Notes: a model not told the origin generated them from the letters alone. DNA of 64,000 nucleotides from Alphaproteobacteria bacterium (GCA_963555825.3 CAUVXB020000002.1:2144001-2208000); one strand, 5' to 3'. Numbered from the stretch's first letter, positions 20,822 to 31,941 are shown. Translations and numbers: made by a program.

Positions 20822-21484
20822 TTAATTAGTTACAACATGGTCGACCAGTACCAGATGGCGGCCGTCGGCCAGGGTGCGGCGCTTGGCGCGCACGGCGAAG
20901 GCGCCGCGCATGTTCTCAAAGCGCTGGCGCCGGGTGCGACCGGCCTGGCTCGGCGTCGGCCGCGTGCGCTTGAGCAGATCGGGTACGAAATCGACGCCGG
21001 CGAGGCGCGCCAGCGCGCCGCCGATCAGCGCCGACTGGTTGTAGCGTCGCGCGAACAGGCGGAAGCGGTGCAGCGGCACCGGCACGACCGCGTCGCAGTC
21101 GGCGAGCAGCGTGTCGCCGACGCGCATCATGAGCTGGGCGAGCGACAGCGCCGCGTGGGTCTGGTCGCCGTGCTTGAGGCCGAGCACGACCTCGCGCCCG
21201 ACGCCGGCATAGCGCACCGCGGACCGGGCATGGTCGAAGTCGGGCGGCGTCGCGGTGCAGGCGCCGCACAGCGCATCCGGCCCCTCGTCGACGTCGAACG
21301 GGAAACCGCATAGCGCGCAGTTCGGCGGCGTGATGAAATCGACGCCGGTCCAGCAGCGCGGGCACAGCCGGCCCGGCCGGTCGACCGGCGCCGGGCAGGC
21401 CAGGCAGCGCGGCGGCAACAGCGCATCGAGCAGCGCGGCACCCCAGCGCCGGGGCGCCCCGGACGATGTCTCGGGCGGCAACAT
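20822..21484 (-). pseudogene. comF: ComF-family double-zinc-ribbon phosphoribosyltransferase, 3'-truncated
   Basis: CLAC, CPRC, CALCG, CGAC, VPVPLH..R..RRYNQS. Ends LVLVDHVVTN* where LVDDVxTTG and the C-terminus are expected. Confidence 0.9.
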
Positions 21485-21562
21485 GACCCAGTATGCGCGC
21501 CGCCCCCGGCCCCGCGTCAAGCGCGGCGGCTGGACGGCTCGACAGACAAACGATCATCACAT

Positions 21563-21586
21563 ATAGTTAACTTGATGGTTAACTAT
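21563..21586. promoter_or_regulatory. Probable ArsR autoregulatory operator
   Basis: Perfect 9-6-9 inverted repeat ATAGTTAAC-ttgatg-GTTAACTAT overlapping the ArsR start codon. Confidence 0.7.
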
Positions 21587-21880
21587 GATCTCGACACGGC
21601 CTTCGCGGCGCTCGCCGACGCGACGCGGCGCGCCATTCTCGTGCGCCTCTCCGAGGGCGACGCCACGGTCGGCGCGCTGGCGGCGCCCTTCGACATGTCG
21701 TTGCCGGCGGTCTCCAAGCACCTCAAGCTGCTCGAGCGCGCCGGGCTGATCAGGCGCGAACGCGACGGCCGCGTGCACCGTTGCCGTCTCGACCCCGACC
21801 GGCTGCGCGCCACCGCGGCGTGGCTCGAGCACCAGGGGCGCGCCTGGGAGGATCGGTTCTACGCACTCGACGGCGATTGA
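21575..21880 (+). CDS. ArsR/SmtB-family transcriptional regulator
   Basis: FAALADATRRAIL, SLPAVSKHLKLLERAGLI. Confidence 0.9.
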   Translation: MVNYDLDTAFAALADATRRAILVRLSEGDATVGALAAPFDMSLPAVSKHLKLLERAGLIRRERDGRVHRCRLDPDRLRATAAWLEHQGRAWEDRFYALDGD

Positions 21881-22192
21881 GCGCGGAGACTTCGGCGCCT
21901 TCATCGAGAGCAAAGGCTTCCGCCTGATATAGGCTCGAACTGAAACTTCCAGCCCGCGCCAATCTTATCCCAACAAGAGGGGGGCCGCCGACCGTTCGGC
22001 CAATCCTTATGGGATCAAGAATGGCCTTGTGGGATAAAGATTGGCATGCGCGGCGATTGAGCGCAGGTCACCAAAGGTGACCGCACAATAGTTACGTTTG
22101 GCTGAACCGGTAGTGGCTGCTCTGGGTCTGGGTGACCGCCGCGCGCAGCCAAGCCTCGTCGACGCCCGCTCACCGAAGCGGTCGGCCGCATA

Positions 22193-23664
22193 GCAGCCCG
22201 TTGACGAAGTCTTCCCTGGACGAAGTCGGCATGGTCTGATTCTCTGGTGTCCTGGCCTGAAGGGGGGTTCGCTGATGGCGATGGGACAGCAGAAGGATCG
22301 TCAGGGGGACTTGATGGTGAGCTGGTCGGAGATGCCGCGCTCGCCAGGTCATGTATTTTACGACCGCCTGCAGTTGGTACTGATCGAGGGCGGCTTCGAC
22401 GGCTTCGCCGAGGCGGTCTGCCAGCCCTATTACGCGGCCAGGATGGGGGCGCCTTCGGTGCCACCCGGGCGCTACTTCCGTATGCACCTGGTGGGCTACT
22501 TCGAGGGTATCGACTCTGAGCGTGGGCTGGAGTGGCGGTGCTCGGATTCCCTGTCGCTACGGGAGTTCCTGCTGTTGGAGAGGCGGGAACGGGTGCCGGA
22601 CCATTCCTGGCTGTCACGGACCCGCGCGCGCCTGCCCCATGAAGTCCACACGGCGGTGTTTGACTGGGTCCTGGCGCTGATCGCCGAGGCGGGTCTGGTG
22701 AAGGGCGAGCGCATCGGGGTGGATGCCTCGACCATGGAGGCCAACGCGGCGCTGCGCAACATCGTGCGGAGGGACACGGGCGAGGGTTACCGGGGGATGC
22801 TGGAGCGCTTGGCCCAGGAGAGCGGTATCGAGACACCCACGGCTGAGGACCTGGCGCGTCTGGACCGCAAGCGCAAGGGCAAGAAGCTCTCGAACCAGGA
22901 CTGGGTTTCCAGGAGCGACCCCGAGGCCAAGATCGCCAAGATGAAGGACGGCACCACGCACCTGGCCTACAAGCCCGAGCACGCGGTGGATCTGGACACC
23001 GGCGCGGTGGTGGCGGCGGAGCTGCACCCGGCCGACGAGGGCGATACGACAACGCTTCCCAAGACCCTGGCGGCGGCCGAGGCAAACCTCGAGGCGGTGG
23101 ATGTGGCGCCGACGGCCGAAGATCCGGCCGAATGTGTGACCGATAAGGGCTACCACTCACGGTTGGTCTTGAAGGCGCTCGACGACGGCCCCTGGAAGAG
23201 CCGGATCTCCGAGCCCAAGCAGAAGGGTTTTGCGCGCTGGCACGGAGATGATGCGGCTCGCCGGGCGGTCACCAACAACCGGACCCGGCTGTTATCGGGG
23301 GTGGCCAGGGAAGCCTTCAAGCTGCGCGCCGAGATCGTCGAGCGCTCCTTTGCCCACAACCTCGATCGCGGCGGTATGCGCCGGACCTGGCTTCGGGGCC
23401 GCGAGAACGTGCACAAGCGATACCTGCTTCACGTCGCCGGCCACAACCTATCGTTGCTGATGCGCCAACTCATCGGCGCCGGCACCCCGAAGGAGGCCGT
23501 GGCGGGCGGAATTGGCGCCTTGTTCGTGCTTGTTACGCCCGCTGGAGCCGTCCTGGTCGTTCAGATCGTCCTCATCGTCTCGGAGGATGGCGAAACCGCC
23601 TTCGCCGCGATATGCTTCGCCGTGGCGTGAAACCCGGTCAATGACGCCTTTTTCAACGGGCTGT
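22193..23664 (+). mobile_element. IS5/IS1182-like element inserted in the FAD oxidoreductase gene
   Basis: TIRs CAGCCCGTTGACGAAG / CTTTTTCAACGGGCTG with TA(G) duplicated. Confidence 0.88.
22275..23630 (+). CDS. IS5/IS1182-like DDE transposase
   Basis: GIDSERGLEW, PDHSWLSR, GVDASTMEANA, TDKGYHS, VERSFAH. Confidence 0.9.
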   Translation: MAMGQQKDRQGDLMVSWSEMPRSPGHVFYDRLQLVLIEGGFDGFAEAVCQPYYAARMGAPSVPPGRYFRMHLVGYFEGIDSERGLEWRCSDSLSLREFLLLERRERVPDHSWLSRTRARLPHEVHTAVFDWVLALIAEAGLVKGERIGVDASTMEANAALRNIVRRDTGEGYRGMLERLAQESGIETPTAEDLARLDRKRKGKKLSNQDWVSRSDPEAKIAKMKDGTTHLAYKPEHAVDLDTGAVVAAELHPADEGDTTTLPKTLAAAEANLEAVDVAPTAEDPAECVTDKGYHSRLVLKALDDGPWKSRISEPKQKGFARWHGDDAARRAVTNNRTRLLSGVAREAFKLRAEIVERSFAHNLDRGGMRRTWLRGRENVHKRYLLHVAGHNLSLLMRQLIGAGTPKEAVAGGIGALFVLVTPAGAVLVVQIVLIVSEDGETAFAAICFAVA

Positions 23665-24779
23665 TAGGGCGCGGGGTCGAGGCGTGGTTTCGCGCCGGTC
23701 ACGGCATCGGCGATGAGACGCCCGGCGAGGCCCGAGAGCGTGACGCCCGCCGAGTTCATGGCGCTCGCCACGAACAGCCCGTCGATGCCGCCGACCGGGC
23801 CGACCAGCGGCTCGCCGTCGGGCGTGAAGGCCTCCGGGCCGTTGACGAAGCGCGTGACCGGCGCGTGCTCGAGCGCCGGAAATAGTTGCATCGCGCGTTC
23901 TGCATAAGGCGCGATCTTGTCCCAGTCCTCGTCGAGCAGCGAGAAGGTAAAGTTGTCGGGCGGCGCGCCGTCGCCGGCGTCCAGCGTCTTGGCGTCGGCG
24001 TCGAAGAAGCCGTAGAGCATGCCGCCGACCTCCTCGCGACCGTAAATCGAATCCTCGGGCGAGACGAACGATGGCGTCGCGGGGCCGAGCGCCGGTTCGG
24101 GCCGCGCGATGAGGTAGAAATGCTCGCAGCCCCACTGCGCCAGCGCGACGCCGGCGCCGGCCAGGAAACGGCGCGACCAGAGCCCGGCGGCGACGACCAC
24201 GACATCGGCGTCGATGCGCCCGTCGGCGGTGTCGAGCCCGGCGACCCGGCCGCCCCGGGTTACCAGGCCGGTGACCGCGCAGCCCTCGCGCAGCACGACG
24301 CCGCGTCGGCGCGCCGCGCGCGCATAGGCCGCTGTCAGGTCGGCCGGGTTGAGCCGGCCCGACAGGCCGTTGAGCCAGGCGCCGGCGATCGCGCCGGGAT
24401 CGAGCAGCGGGTGGTGGCGCGCCGCCTCGGCGGGGCTGAGCAGTCGCGAGCCGTAGCCGCGTTGCTCGGCAATGCGCATCGAATCGGTAAAGTCATCGAG
24501 CGTCTCGGGCTTGCGCGCCAGGAACAGACGGCCGGTCTTGAGCCAGCCGGTCGCCTGGTCGGCCTCGCGGGCGACCGTCTCGGCCGCCTCGAGGGTGGCC
24601 AGCACCGGCCCGTCGTTGCGCGCCGACCAGGTGATGTTGCCGGCCGAATGCCAGGTCGAGCCGGCGCCCAGCCGCGCGCGCTCGACGAGCACGATCTCGC
24701 CGGCCTCGGCCGCCGCCAGATGCCAGGCGACACTCGCACCGATCACCCCGCCGCCGACGATCGCGATGCGTCGCGCCAT
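23664..24779 (-). pseudogene. FAD-dependent oxidoreductase (sarcosine/dimethylglycine dehydrogenase-like), 3' end displaced by IS
   Basis: GGGVIG, GSTWHSAG, NGPEAFTPDG. The tail YAADRFGE resumes at about 22190, beyond the IS. Confidence 0.85.
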
Positions 24780-24844
24780 GGCGTCCCCTTCGGTATCGCT
24801 GCGCGACGTTTAGCACGTCGGCGCTGTCGGGTTATAGTGGCGTC

Positions 24845-26314
24845 ATGGGCGACGCCATCGACGTCTTCGATCCCGCCGCGGTGCGCCGCCACCGCGCGCG
24901 CGCCGCGCCGGACTTCGGCTCGCACGACTTTCTCGTGCGCGAGATCGCCGAGCGGCTCGCCGGCCGGCTCGACGACGTGCGCCGCAGTTTTCCCGTCGCG
25001 CTCGATCTCGGCCATCACGCTGCCCTGGCGGCGGGCCGCGGCGGCATCGGCCGCGTGCTGCGCTGCGGCACCGTGGCCGACCACGGACCGGTCGCGGCCG
25101 ACGAGGCACTGCTGCCCTTCGCCAACGCTTCCTTCGACCGGGCGATCGCCTGCAGGCCTGAATTCGTGCTGGCGCATACCAATTTGGGCAATCTGCAAAA
25201 GCTTCTCGGCCGGCCCGACGAATCGGCCGCGTGCTTTCGGCGCGCGATCGCGCTCAAGCCGGACATGGCCGAATTGCGGGTTAACCTCGGCACCGCGCTG
25301 AAGGCGGCCGGCCGGCTCGACGCGGCCGCTGACGCCTACCGCGCGGCAGTGGCGCTCGATCCCGGCCTCGCCGAGGCGCATCGCGGGCTCGGCATCACGC
25401 TCGCGGATCTGGGCCGCGATGACGCGGCCGAGGCGGCGCTGTTACGCGCCATCGGGCTCGACCCCGATGCCGCAGCGGCACATCATGATCTGGCCGAATT
25501 GCTGCTTCGGCGGGGTGACGCGACGGCCGCGTTCGCGGCCTGCGATGACTGCCTCGCCGTCGACCCGGGCAACAGCCGGGCACTTGCCGTGAAGGCGGCC
25601 GCCCTCGATGAACGGGGCGCGCGCGCCGCGGTCCGCGTGCTGGTCGACTTGGACCATTTGATCAAGACGACGCGGTTCGACGCGGCTGACGGTTTCGCCG
25701 ACATGGCGGCATTCAACGCGGCGCTTGCCGATCACGTGTGCAACCACCCGACGCGCAACTTCGAACCGCCCAACAAGGCCACCCGGCTTGGTACTCAGAC
25801 GCGCGAACTGCTGATCGAACCCAAGGGGCCGGTCGCGGCGCTCGAAGGGATGATCATCGGCGCGGTCGAGGACTACCTCGATATCCTGCCGGCAATGGCC
25901 GACCATCCGGTTGCCGCCGCCGCGCCGCGCGATTGGTGGCTGACCGCCTGGGCGACGATCCTCGATAGCGGCGGGTACCAGACGCCGCACATCCACCCAG
26001 CCGCTTGGCTCTCGGGCGTCTATTACGTTCAGGTTCCGTCGGCCGTCACGGCCGATGATCCCGCATGCGCCGGATGGATCGAATTCGGCCGACCCGATCC
26101 GGGCTACGATCTGGCGGTCGAACCAGACGTCCGGCTGATCCGACCCGAAGCGGGGCGGATCGTGCTGTTCCCGTCCTATTTCTATCACCGCACACTGCCG
26201 TTCGAGGCGAGCGATTGTCGCATCAGCATCGCGTTCGATATCATGCGCGAGGATATGTCGCAGAGTCTCGCGAAACTCGTCCCTATCGCACCCGGCGCCG
26301 GTGGCGGCCGGTGA
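24845..26314 (+). CDS. Chimeric ORF: truncated SAM-methyltransferase N-terminus fused to TPR + 2OG-Fe(II) oxygenase domain
   Basis: FD..AVRRHRARA..DFL..EIAERL..LDLG..ADEALLPFANASFD, then TPRs, then HIHPAAWLSGVYYV..LFPSYFYH..RISIAFD. Confidence 0.8.
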   Translation: MGDAIDVFDPAAVRRHRARAAPDFGSHDFLVREIAERLAGRLDDVRRSFPVALDLGHHAALAAGRGGIGRVLRCGTVADHGPVAADEALLPFANASFDRAIACRPEFVLAHTNLGNLQKLLGRPDESAACFRRAIALKPDMAELRVNLGTALKAAGRLDAAADAYRAAVALDPGLAEAHRGLGITLADLGRDDAAEAALLRAIGLDPDAAAAHHDLAELLLRRGDATAAFAACDDCLAVDPGNSRALAVKAAALDERGARAAVRVLVDLDHLIKTTRFDAADGFADMAAFNAALADHVCNHPTRNFEPPNKATRLGTQTRELLIEPKGPVAALEGMIIGAVEDYLDILPAMADHPVAAAAPRDWWLTAWATILDSGGYQTPHIHPAAWLSGVYYVQVPSAVTADDPACAGWIEFGRPDPGYDLAVEPDVRLIRPEAGRIVLFPSYFYHRTLPFEASDCRISIAFDIMREDMSQSLAKLVPIAPGAGGGR

Positions 26315-26327
26315 CCCGCGGGCCCCA

Positions 26328-28156
26328 ATGAACCGCCGCGATCGTCGCCGCAAGGCCGCCGCGGGATCGGGCGACGCGCCGCGTCAGGCTCTCGAGCAGG
26401 CCGTCCAGGCGCACCAAGCCGGCCGGCTGGCCGAGGCCGAAGCCGCCTATCGACGCATTCTCGAGGTACGGCCCGACGAGCCGGACGCACTCCATCTCCT
26501 GGGGTTGCTGGCCCACCAGGGCGGCCAACCGGCGGCCGCAATCGAGCTGATTGGCCGCGCCATCGAGATCGACGCCAAGATGCCGAGATTTCATAACAAT
26601 CTGGGCCTCGCCCATGCCGCGAACGCCGTTTCGACGCCGCCGAGGCGAGCTATCGCCGCGCCTTGGCGCTCGATCCCGACTATGTCGAGGCCTGGCACAA
26701 CCTGGCGACCGCGTTGGCCGGAAGCGGCCCGCCCGAGGACGCCGTGGACTGCTTCGAGAGCGCGCTCGGGCGCAACCCGAATTATGCGCCGGCGCACAAC
26801 AACCTGGCCAACCTGCGCCGCGAGACCGGTGACCATCGGGCGGCCGCCGAGGGCTACCGGCGCGCCCTGGCGCTCGCCCCCGACTACGCCGACGCGCATT
26901 ACAATCTGAGCGTCGCGCTGACCGCGCTCGGCGAGCTCGAGGCCGCGGAAGCGAGCTGCCGCGCCGCGCTGGCGCTGCAGCCCGACCGTGCCGAGGCGCA
27001 CAACAATCTGGCTACGATCCTCAAGTTCCGGGGCCGTCTCGAGGCCGCGAAGGCGGCGTACCAGCGCGCGCTCGACCTCAAGCCCGATTTGGTCGCGGCG
27101 CGCGATAGCCTGGCGGAATTCGAAGGCGCCAACGCCCACTCGATCGACGCGCTGACCGCTTTGGAGGCCGACGACAGCCTCCCTGCCGGCGACGCAATCC
27201 GGGTCCGTTTCGCACTCGCCCGCCATCATGCCGATGCCGGCGATCACGCGCGCGCCTTCCAATATTACCGAAACGGTAACGAGATGCGCGCCCGGGAAGT
27301 GGGCCGGTACGGCCGGGTCTTCGACCGTGCCGCCGTCGAGCGTCTGGCCGACCGGTCGATGGCGCTCTTCACGCCGGAGTTTTTCGCCGCGCGGGGGGCC
27401 GAGGGCGCGCCATCCGAGCGGCCGGTCTTCATCGTTGGCATGCCGCGCTCGGGCACGACGCTGGTCGAACAGATCCTGGCGAGCCACCGCGCGGTGTTCG
27501 GCGCCGGCGAGCTCGACGCCATCGAGGCGACCGCGCACCGGCTGTCCGCCGAGACGGATGTCGACGCCACCTACCCCGACGACGTGGCGGGACTCGACGC
27601 GGCGGCCTGTCGACGGCTCGGCGACGCCTATCTCGAGCGCCTCGCTACGCTCGACGCCAATGCCGCCCGCGTGACCGACAAGATGCCCGCCAACTTCCGC
27701 CACCTCGGCCTGATCGCACTCCTGCTGCCGGGTGCGCGCATCGTCCATTGCCGGCGAAATCCGCTCGACGTTTGCCTCTCGTGTTACGTCCAGAACTTCA
27801 CCCAGGGCAACGAGTTCAGCAACGACCTCGGCGATATCGCCGTCACCTATCGCGCCTACCGGCGGCTCATCGACCATTGGCGTCGAGTGCTGCCCGTGCC
27901 GATGCTCGACGTCGGCTACGAGGAACTGGTCGCCGACCAGGCGGCGGTGAGCCGCCGCATCGTCGAATTCGTCGGTCTCGAGTGGGATCCCGCCTGCCTC
28001 GAATTCCACGCCAACCGGCGGGCCGTACAGACCTCGAGCGCGCTGCAGGTTCGCCGGCCAATCTACCGCAGTTCGATCGAACGCTGGCGCGTCTATGAGG
28101 CCGAACTCCAGCCCTTGATCGAAGCGCTTGGCGACGACGCCACGATTGAGAATTGA
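26328..28156 (+). pseudogene. TPR-repeat sulfotransferase, frameshifted near 26630
   Basis: TPRs continue in a different frame after AHAAN. C-terminal FIVGMPRSGTTLVEQIL, DKMP, RNPLD, YEELV. Confidence 0.85.
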
Positions 28157-28302
28157 TCGACCGCGCGACGCGGCTTGCCGCGCGTTCGCCGTTGCGGTAG
28201 AAACCCGCCTGTTCCCGCGGCCAAACGGTTGTCAGGGCGCCTCCGCGCGACGATATGTGTGGCGGCCTTGCCGTTCCGTGGGCAGTCATTCGGAGGCGTG
28301 CG

Positions 28303-29154
28303 GTGTCTGGTATTCTTTGGTTGGCGTCATACCCGAAGCCGGGCAACACCTGGCTCAGGGTGTTCATCGCCAATTACATGCGCAACCCGCCCTCGGCGCT
28401 CTCGATCAACGAGCTGCCGAACTTCATCATGGGCGACGGCATGGCGTGGCCCTTCGAGAAGGTCGCCGGCCGGCCGATCGCCGATTTGAGCGTCGATGAC
28501 ATCCAGCGCTTGCGCCCCAAAGTCCATCAGATGTTCGCGACATCGAGCGCGGACAATGTCTTCGTCAAGACGCACAACGCCATCGCGTTGCTGGGCGACG
28601 TGCCGACGATCAGTCCCGAAGCGACCGCCGGCGCGATCTATATCATCCGCAACCCGCTCGACGTCGTGGTGTCCTACGCCAATCACTATGGCGTCGACTA
28701 CGACCGCGCGGTCGAGGTCTTCGGCCGCGAGGACACGCTGCTGCCGACCCACGGGCCGCTGGTCGTCCAGTATCTCGGCGGCTGGAGCGACCATGTGCGC
28801 AGCTGGCTCAACGCGCCGGGGCTCAAGCCCCACCTGATCCGTTACGAGGACATGGCGCGCAAGCCAGACAAGGCGTTTCGTGGCGTGATAAAGTTCCTCA
28901 GTCTGCCGCTCGAGGCGCCGCGCCTGAAGAACGCCATCCGATTCAGCTCGTTCGACACGCTCGCCCGGCAGGAGAAGGACGCGGGATTCGTCGAGGCCGT
29001 TCCGATCGACGATCGGGTGTTCTTCCGCAAGGGCAAGGTCGGCGACTGGCGCAACCATCTGTCGGCGGCCCAAGTCGACCGGCTGATCGAGGATCATCAC
29101 GAGGTCATGGCCGAACACGGTTACCTCACCAAGGACGGCCGCCCGGCATTCTGA
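28303..29154 (+). CDS. Sulfotransferase domain protein (paralog of 9406-10239)
   Basis: GGAGG RBS with GTG start. WLASYPKPGNTW, VKTHN, RNPLDV, FFRKG. Confidence 0.88.
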   Translation: MSGILWLASYPKPGNTWLRVFIANYMRNPPSALSINELPNFIMGDGMAWPFEKVAGRPIADLSVDDIQRLRPKVHQMFATSSADNVFVKTHNAIALLGDVPTISPEATAGAIYIIRNPLDVVVSYANHYGVDYDRAVEVFGREDTLLPTHGPLVVQYLGGWSDHVRSWLNAPGLKPHLIRYEDMARKPDKAFRGVIKFLSLPLEAPRLKNAIRFSSFDTLARQEKDAGFVEAVPIDDRVFFRKGKVGDWRNHLSAAQVDRLIEDHHEVMAEHGYLTKDGRPAF

Positions 29155-29203
29155 GGACGACGGTCCGCCGGCCGCTATCGATTAACCCCGGACGAACAAA
29201 CAC

Positions 29204-29998
29204 ATGAACCATCTCGACCACCTCGAAAGTCACAGCGTCTACATCTTCCGCGAGGCCTTCGAAAAAATCGCGCCGCTCGGCATGCTGTGGTCGGTCGGCA
29301 AGGATTCGAACGTCATGCTGTGGCTCGCGCGCAAGGCCTTCTTCGGCCATGTGCCGTTCCCTGTGGTGCACATCGATACCGGCAAGAAGTTTCCCGAAAT
29401 GTATGAATTCCGTGATCGCTACAGCGCGGAATGGGGGCTCAACCTGGTGCTCGGCGACTGCCCGCCGATCGAGGAGATCGACGAGACCCTGCCGCCGGCG
29501 GCGCGCTCGGCGGCGCGCAAGACCGAGGGCCTCAAGAAGCTGATCGCCGAGCACCGCTTCACCGGCATCATCGCCGGCATCCGCCGCGACGAGGAAGGCA
29601 CGCGCGCCAAGGAGCGCGTCTTCAGCCCACGCGGCGAGGCCGGGCGCTGGAACTACCGCGACCAGCCACCCGAGTTCTGGGACCAGTTCAACACCGACTT
29701 CCCGCCCGGCACGCATCTGCGCATCCATCCGCTGCTGCAATGGACCGAGATCGATATCTGGCGTTACATCCAGCGCGAGAACATCCCGATGGTCGACCTC
29801 TATTTCGCGCGCGACGGCATGCGCTACCGCTCGCTCGGCGACCGCGACATCACCTCGCCGGTCGAGAGCACGGCGTCGACGATCGCCGAAATCATCGCCG
29901 AGCTTGAGCAGACCAAGGTCGCCGAACGCAGCGGCCGGGCCATGGACCACGAGTCGGAAGACGCGTTCGAACGGCTGCGGGTCGCGGGGTACATGTAA
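29204..29998 (+). CDS. cysD: Sulfate adenylyltransferase subunit 2
   Basis: WSVGKDS PP-loop, [24 protein letters not shown]. Confidence 0.93.
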   Translation: MNHLDHLESHSVYIFREAFEKIAPLGMLWSVGKDSNVMLWLARKAFFGHVPFPVVHIDTGKKFPEMYEFRDRYSAEWGLNLVLGDCPPIEEIDETLPPAARSAARKTEGLKKLIAEHRFTGIIAGIRRDEEGTRAKERVFSPRGEAGRWNYRDQPPEFWDQFNTDFPPGTHLRIHPLLQWTEIDIWRYIQRENIPMVDLYFARDGMRYRSLGDRDITSPVESTASTIAEIIAELEQTKVAERSGRAMDHESEDAFERLRVAGYM

Positions 29999-31941
29999 TG
30001 ACGAGCCGGGAAACCAGCAGCGCGGCGGAACAGACGCTCGGCGACGCGATGCCCGTGGACGCATCGCGCAACGTCATGAACATCGTCATGGTCGGCCATG
30101 TCGATCACGGCAAGTCGACCCTTGTCGGCCGCCTGATCCACGACACCGGCACGATGCCCGAGGGCAAGCTCGAGGCGCTACGCGCCATTTGCAAGCGTCG
30201 CGGCATGCCTTTCGAATGGGGCTTCCTCTTGGACGCCCTGCAGGGCGAGCGCGACCAAGGCGTGACCATCGACGCCGCGCATATCCGGTTCGCCACCGAG
30301 CGCCGCGACTACGCGATCATCGACGCGCCCGGCCATCGCGAGTTCCTCAAGAACATGGTGACCGGCGCGGCCAGCGCCGAGGCTGCCGTCCTGCTGATCG
30401 ACGTGGCCGAAGGCGTGCGCGAGCAGACACGCCGCCACGCCTATCTCCTGCACCTCTTGGGCGTGCGCCAGGTGGCGGTGGCGGTAAGCAAGATGGACCT
30501 CGTCGATTTCGCCGCGCCGCGCTTCGAGGACGTCGCCGGCGAATGCCGCGACTATCTCGCCGCGATCGGCGTCGCGGCGACGGCGATCATCCCGGTCGCC
30601 GCGTGCGACGGCGACAACGTCGTCGATAGATCGTCGCGTATGGACTGGTACCGGGGGCCGACCGTGGTCGGTGCGCTCGACGAATTCATCACGGCGCCGT
30701 CGCCGGTCGAGCGGCCGCTACGCCTGCCGCTGCAAGACATTTACCGCTTCGACGACCGACGCATTCTGGCCGGGCGCATCGACACCGGCCGGCTCGCGGT
30801 CGGCGACGAACTTCTGTTCTCGCCGTCGAACAAGACCGCGCGCGTCGCGACGATCGAGAACTGGAACGGTCCGGCGCCGTCCGAGGCGTCGGCCGGCCAG
30901 TCGATCGGCATCACGTTGGACGAGCAGATCTTCGTCGAGCGCGGCGAGGTGGCGAGCCACGTCGAAGACCCGCCGCTCGAAAGCAACGTCTTCCGCGCCC
31001 ATCTGTTCTGGCTCGGCGCCAAGCCGTTGGCGCCCGGACAACGCTACAAGCTGAAGCTCAACACCACCGAGGCCCAGGTCGAGGTGCAGGAGATCGAGCG
31101 CGTCATCGACACCCGCGACCTCGGCACGTCCGAGGCCGAGAAGGTCGAACGCAACGGCGTCGCCGAAGTCGTGCTGCGCAGCCCCGCCCTGCTGGCGTTC
31201 GACGAATTCGCCACCAACCCGCGCGGCGGCCGTTTCGTGCTGGTCGACGGTTACGAGATCGCCGGCGGCGGCATCATCAACATGGAGGGCTATCCCGACC
31301 AGCGCAGCCTGATCACGGTGATGGGCACCAACCTGACCGAGGTCGAGCACCGTGTGCCGCTCGAGGCGCGCATCACGCGCAACGGCCACCGCGGCGGCGT
31401 GCTGTGGTTCACCGGCCTGTCCGGTTCCGGCAAGTCGACGCTCGCCATCGAGGTCGAGCATCGCCTGTTCCGCAAGGGCTACCAGACCTATGTGCTCGAC
31501 GGCGACAACGTGCGGGCCGGGCTCAACGCCAACCTCGGCTTCTCGCCCGACGACCGCGCCGAGAACATCCGCCGTGTCGGCGAGGTCGCGGCGCTGTTCT
31601 CGGACGCCGGCTTCATCGTCATCAGCGCCTTCATTTCGCCCTACCGCACCGACCGCGACCGCGCCCGCGAGGCGGCCGAGGCCTATGAGGTGGGACGCTT
31701 CCACGAAATCTACATCAAGGCCGACCTCGAGACCTGCGAGGATCGCGACCCCAAGGGCCTCTACAAGCGCGCGCGGGCCGGCGAGATCGCCGACTTCACC
31801 GGCATCTCGGCGCCCTACGAGCCGCCCGAGGCGACCGACCTCGAGGTCGATACCGGCGCCCAAAGCGTCGCCCAGAGCGCCCAGCACATCATCGACTACA
31901 TCGAGCGGCACTTCGCGCTCGAGCCGCGCGGCGAAAAGTGA
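29998..31941 (+). CDS. cysNC: Bifunctional sulfate adenylyltransferase subunit 1 / APS kinase
   Basis: [14 protein letters not shown] GTPase domain, then [26 protein letters not shown]. Confidence 0.93.
   Translation: MTSRETSSAAEQTLGDAMPVDASRNVMNIVMVGHVDHGKSTLVGRLIHDTGTMPEGKLEALRAICKRRGMPFEWGFLLDALQGERDQGVTIDAAHIRFATERRDYAIIDAPGHREFLKNMVTGAASAEAAVLLIDVAEGVREQTRRHAYLLHLLGVRQVAVAVSKMDLVDFAAPRFEDVAGECRDYLAAIGVAATAIIPVAACDGDNVVDRSSRMDWYRGPTVVGALDEFITAPSPVERPLRLPLQDIYRFDDRRILAGRIDTGRLAVGDELLFSPSNKTARVATIENWNGPAPSEASAGQSIGITLDEQIFVERGEVASHVEDPPLESNVFRAHLFWLGAKPLAPGQRYKLKLNTTEAQVEVQEIERVIDTRDLGTSEAEKVERNGVAEVVLRSPALLAFDEFATNPRGGRFVLVDGYEIAGGGIINMEGYPDQRSLITVMGTNLTEVEHRVPLEARITRNGHRGGVLWFTGLSGSGKSTLAIEVEHRLFRKGYQTYVLDGDNVRAGLNANLGFSPDDRAENIRRVGEVAALFSDAGFIVISAFISPYRTDRDRAREAAEAYEVGRFHEIYIKADLETCEDRDPKGLYKRARAGEIADFTGISAPYEPPEATDLEVDTGAQSVAQSAQHIIDYIERHFALEPRGEK

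Noticed and set aside
29204-31941. Calling cysD-cysNC nodPQ (nodulation)
   Set aside because: No nod genes are in the window. The sequence supports only generic PAPS synthesis.
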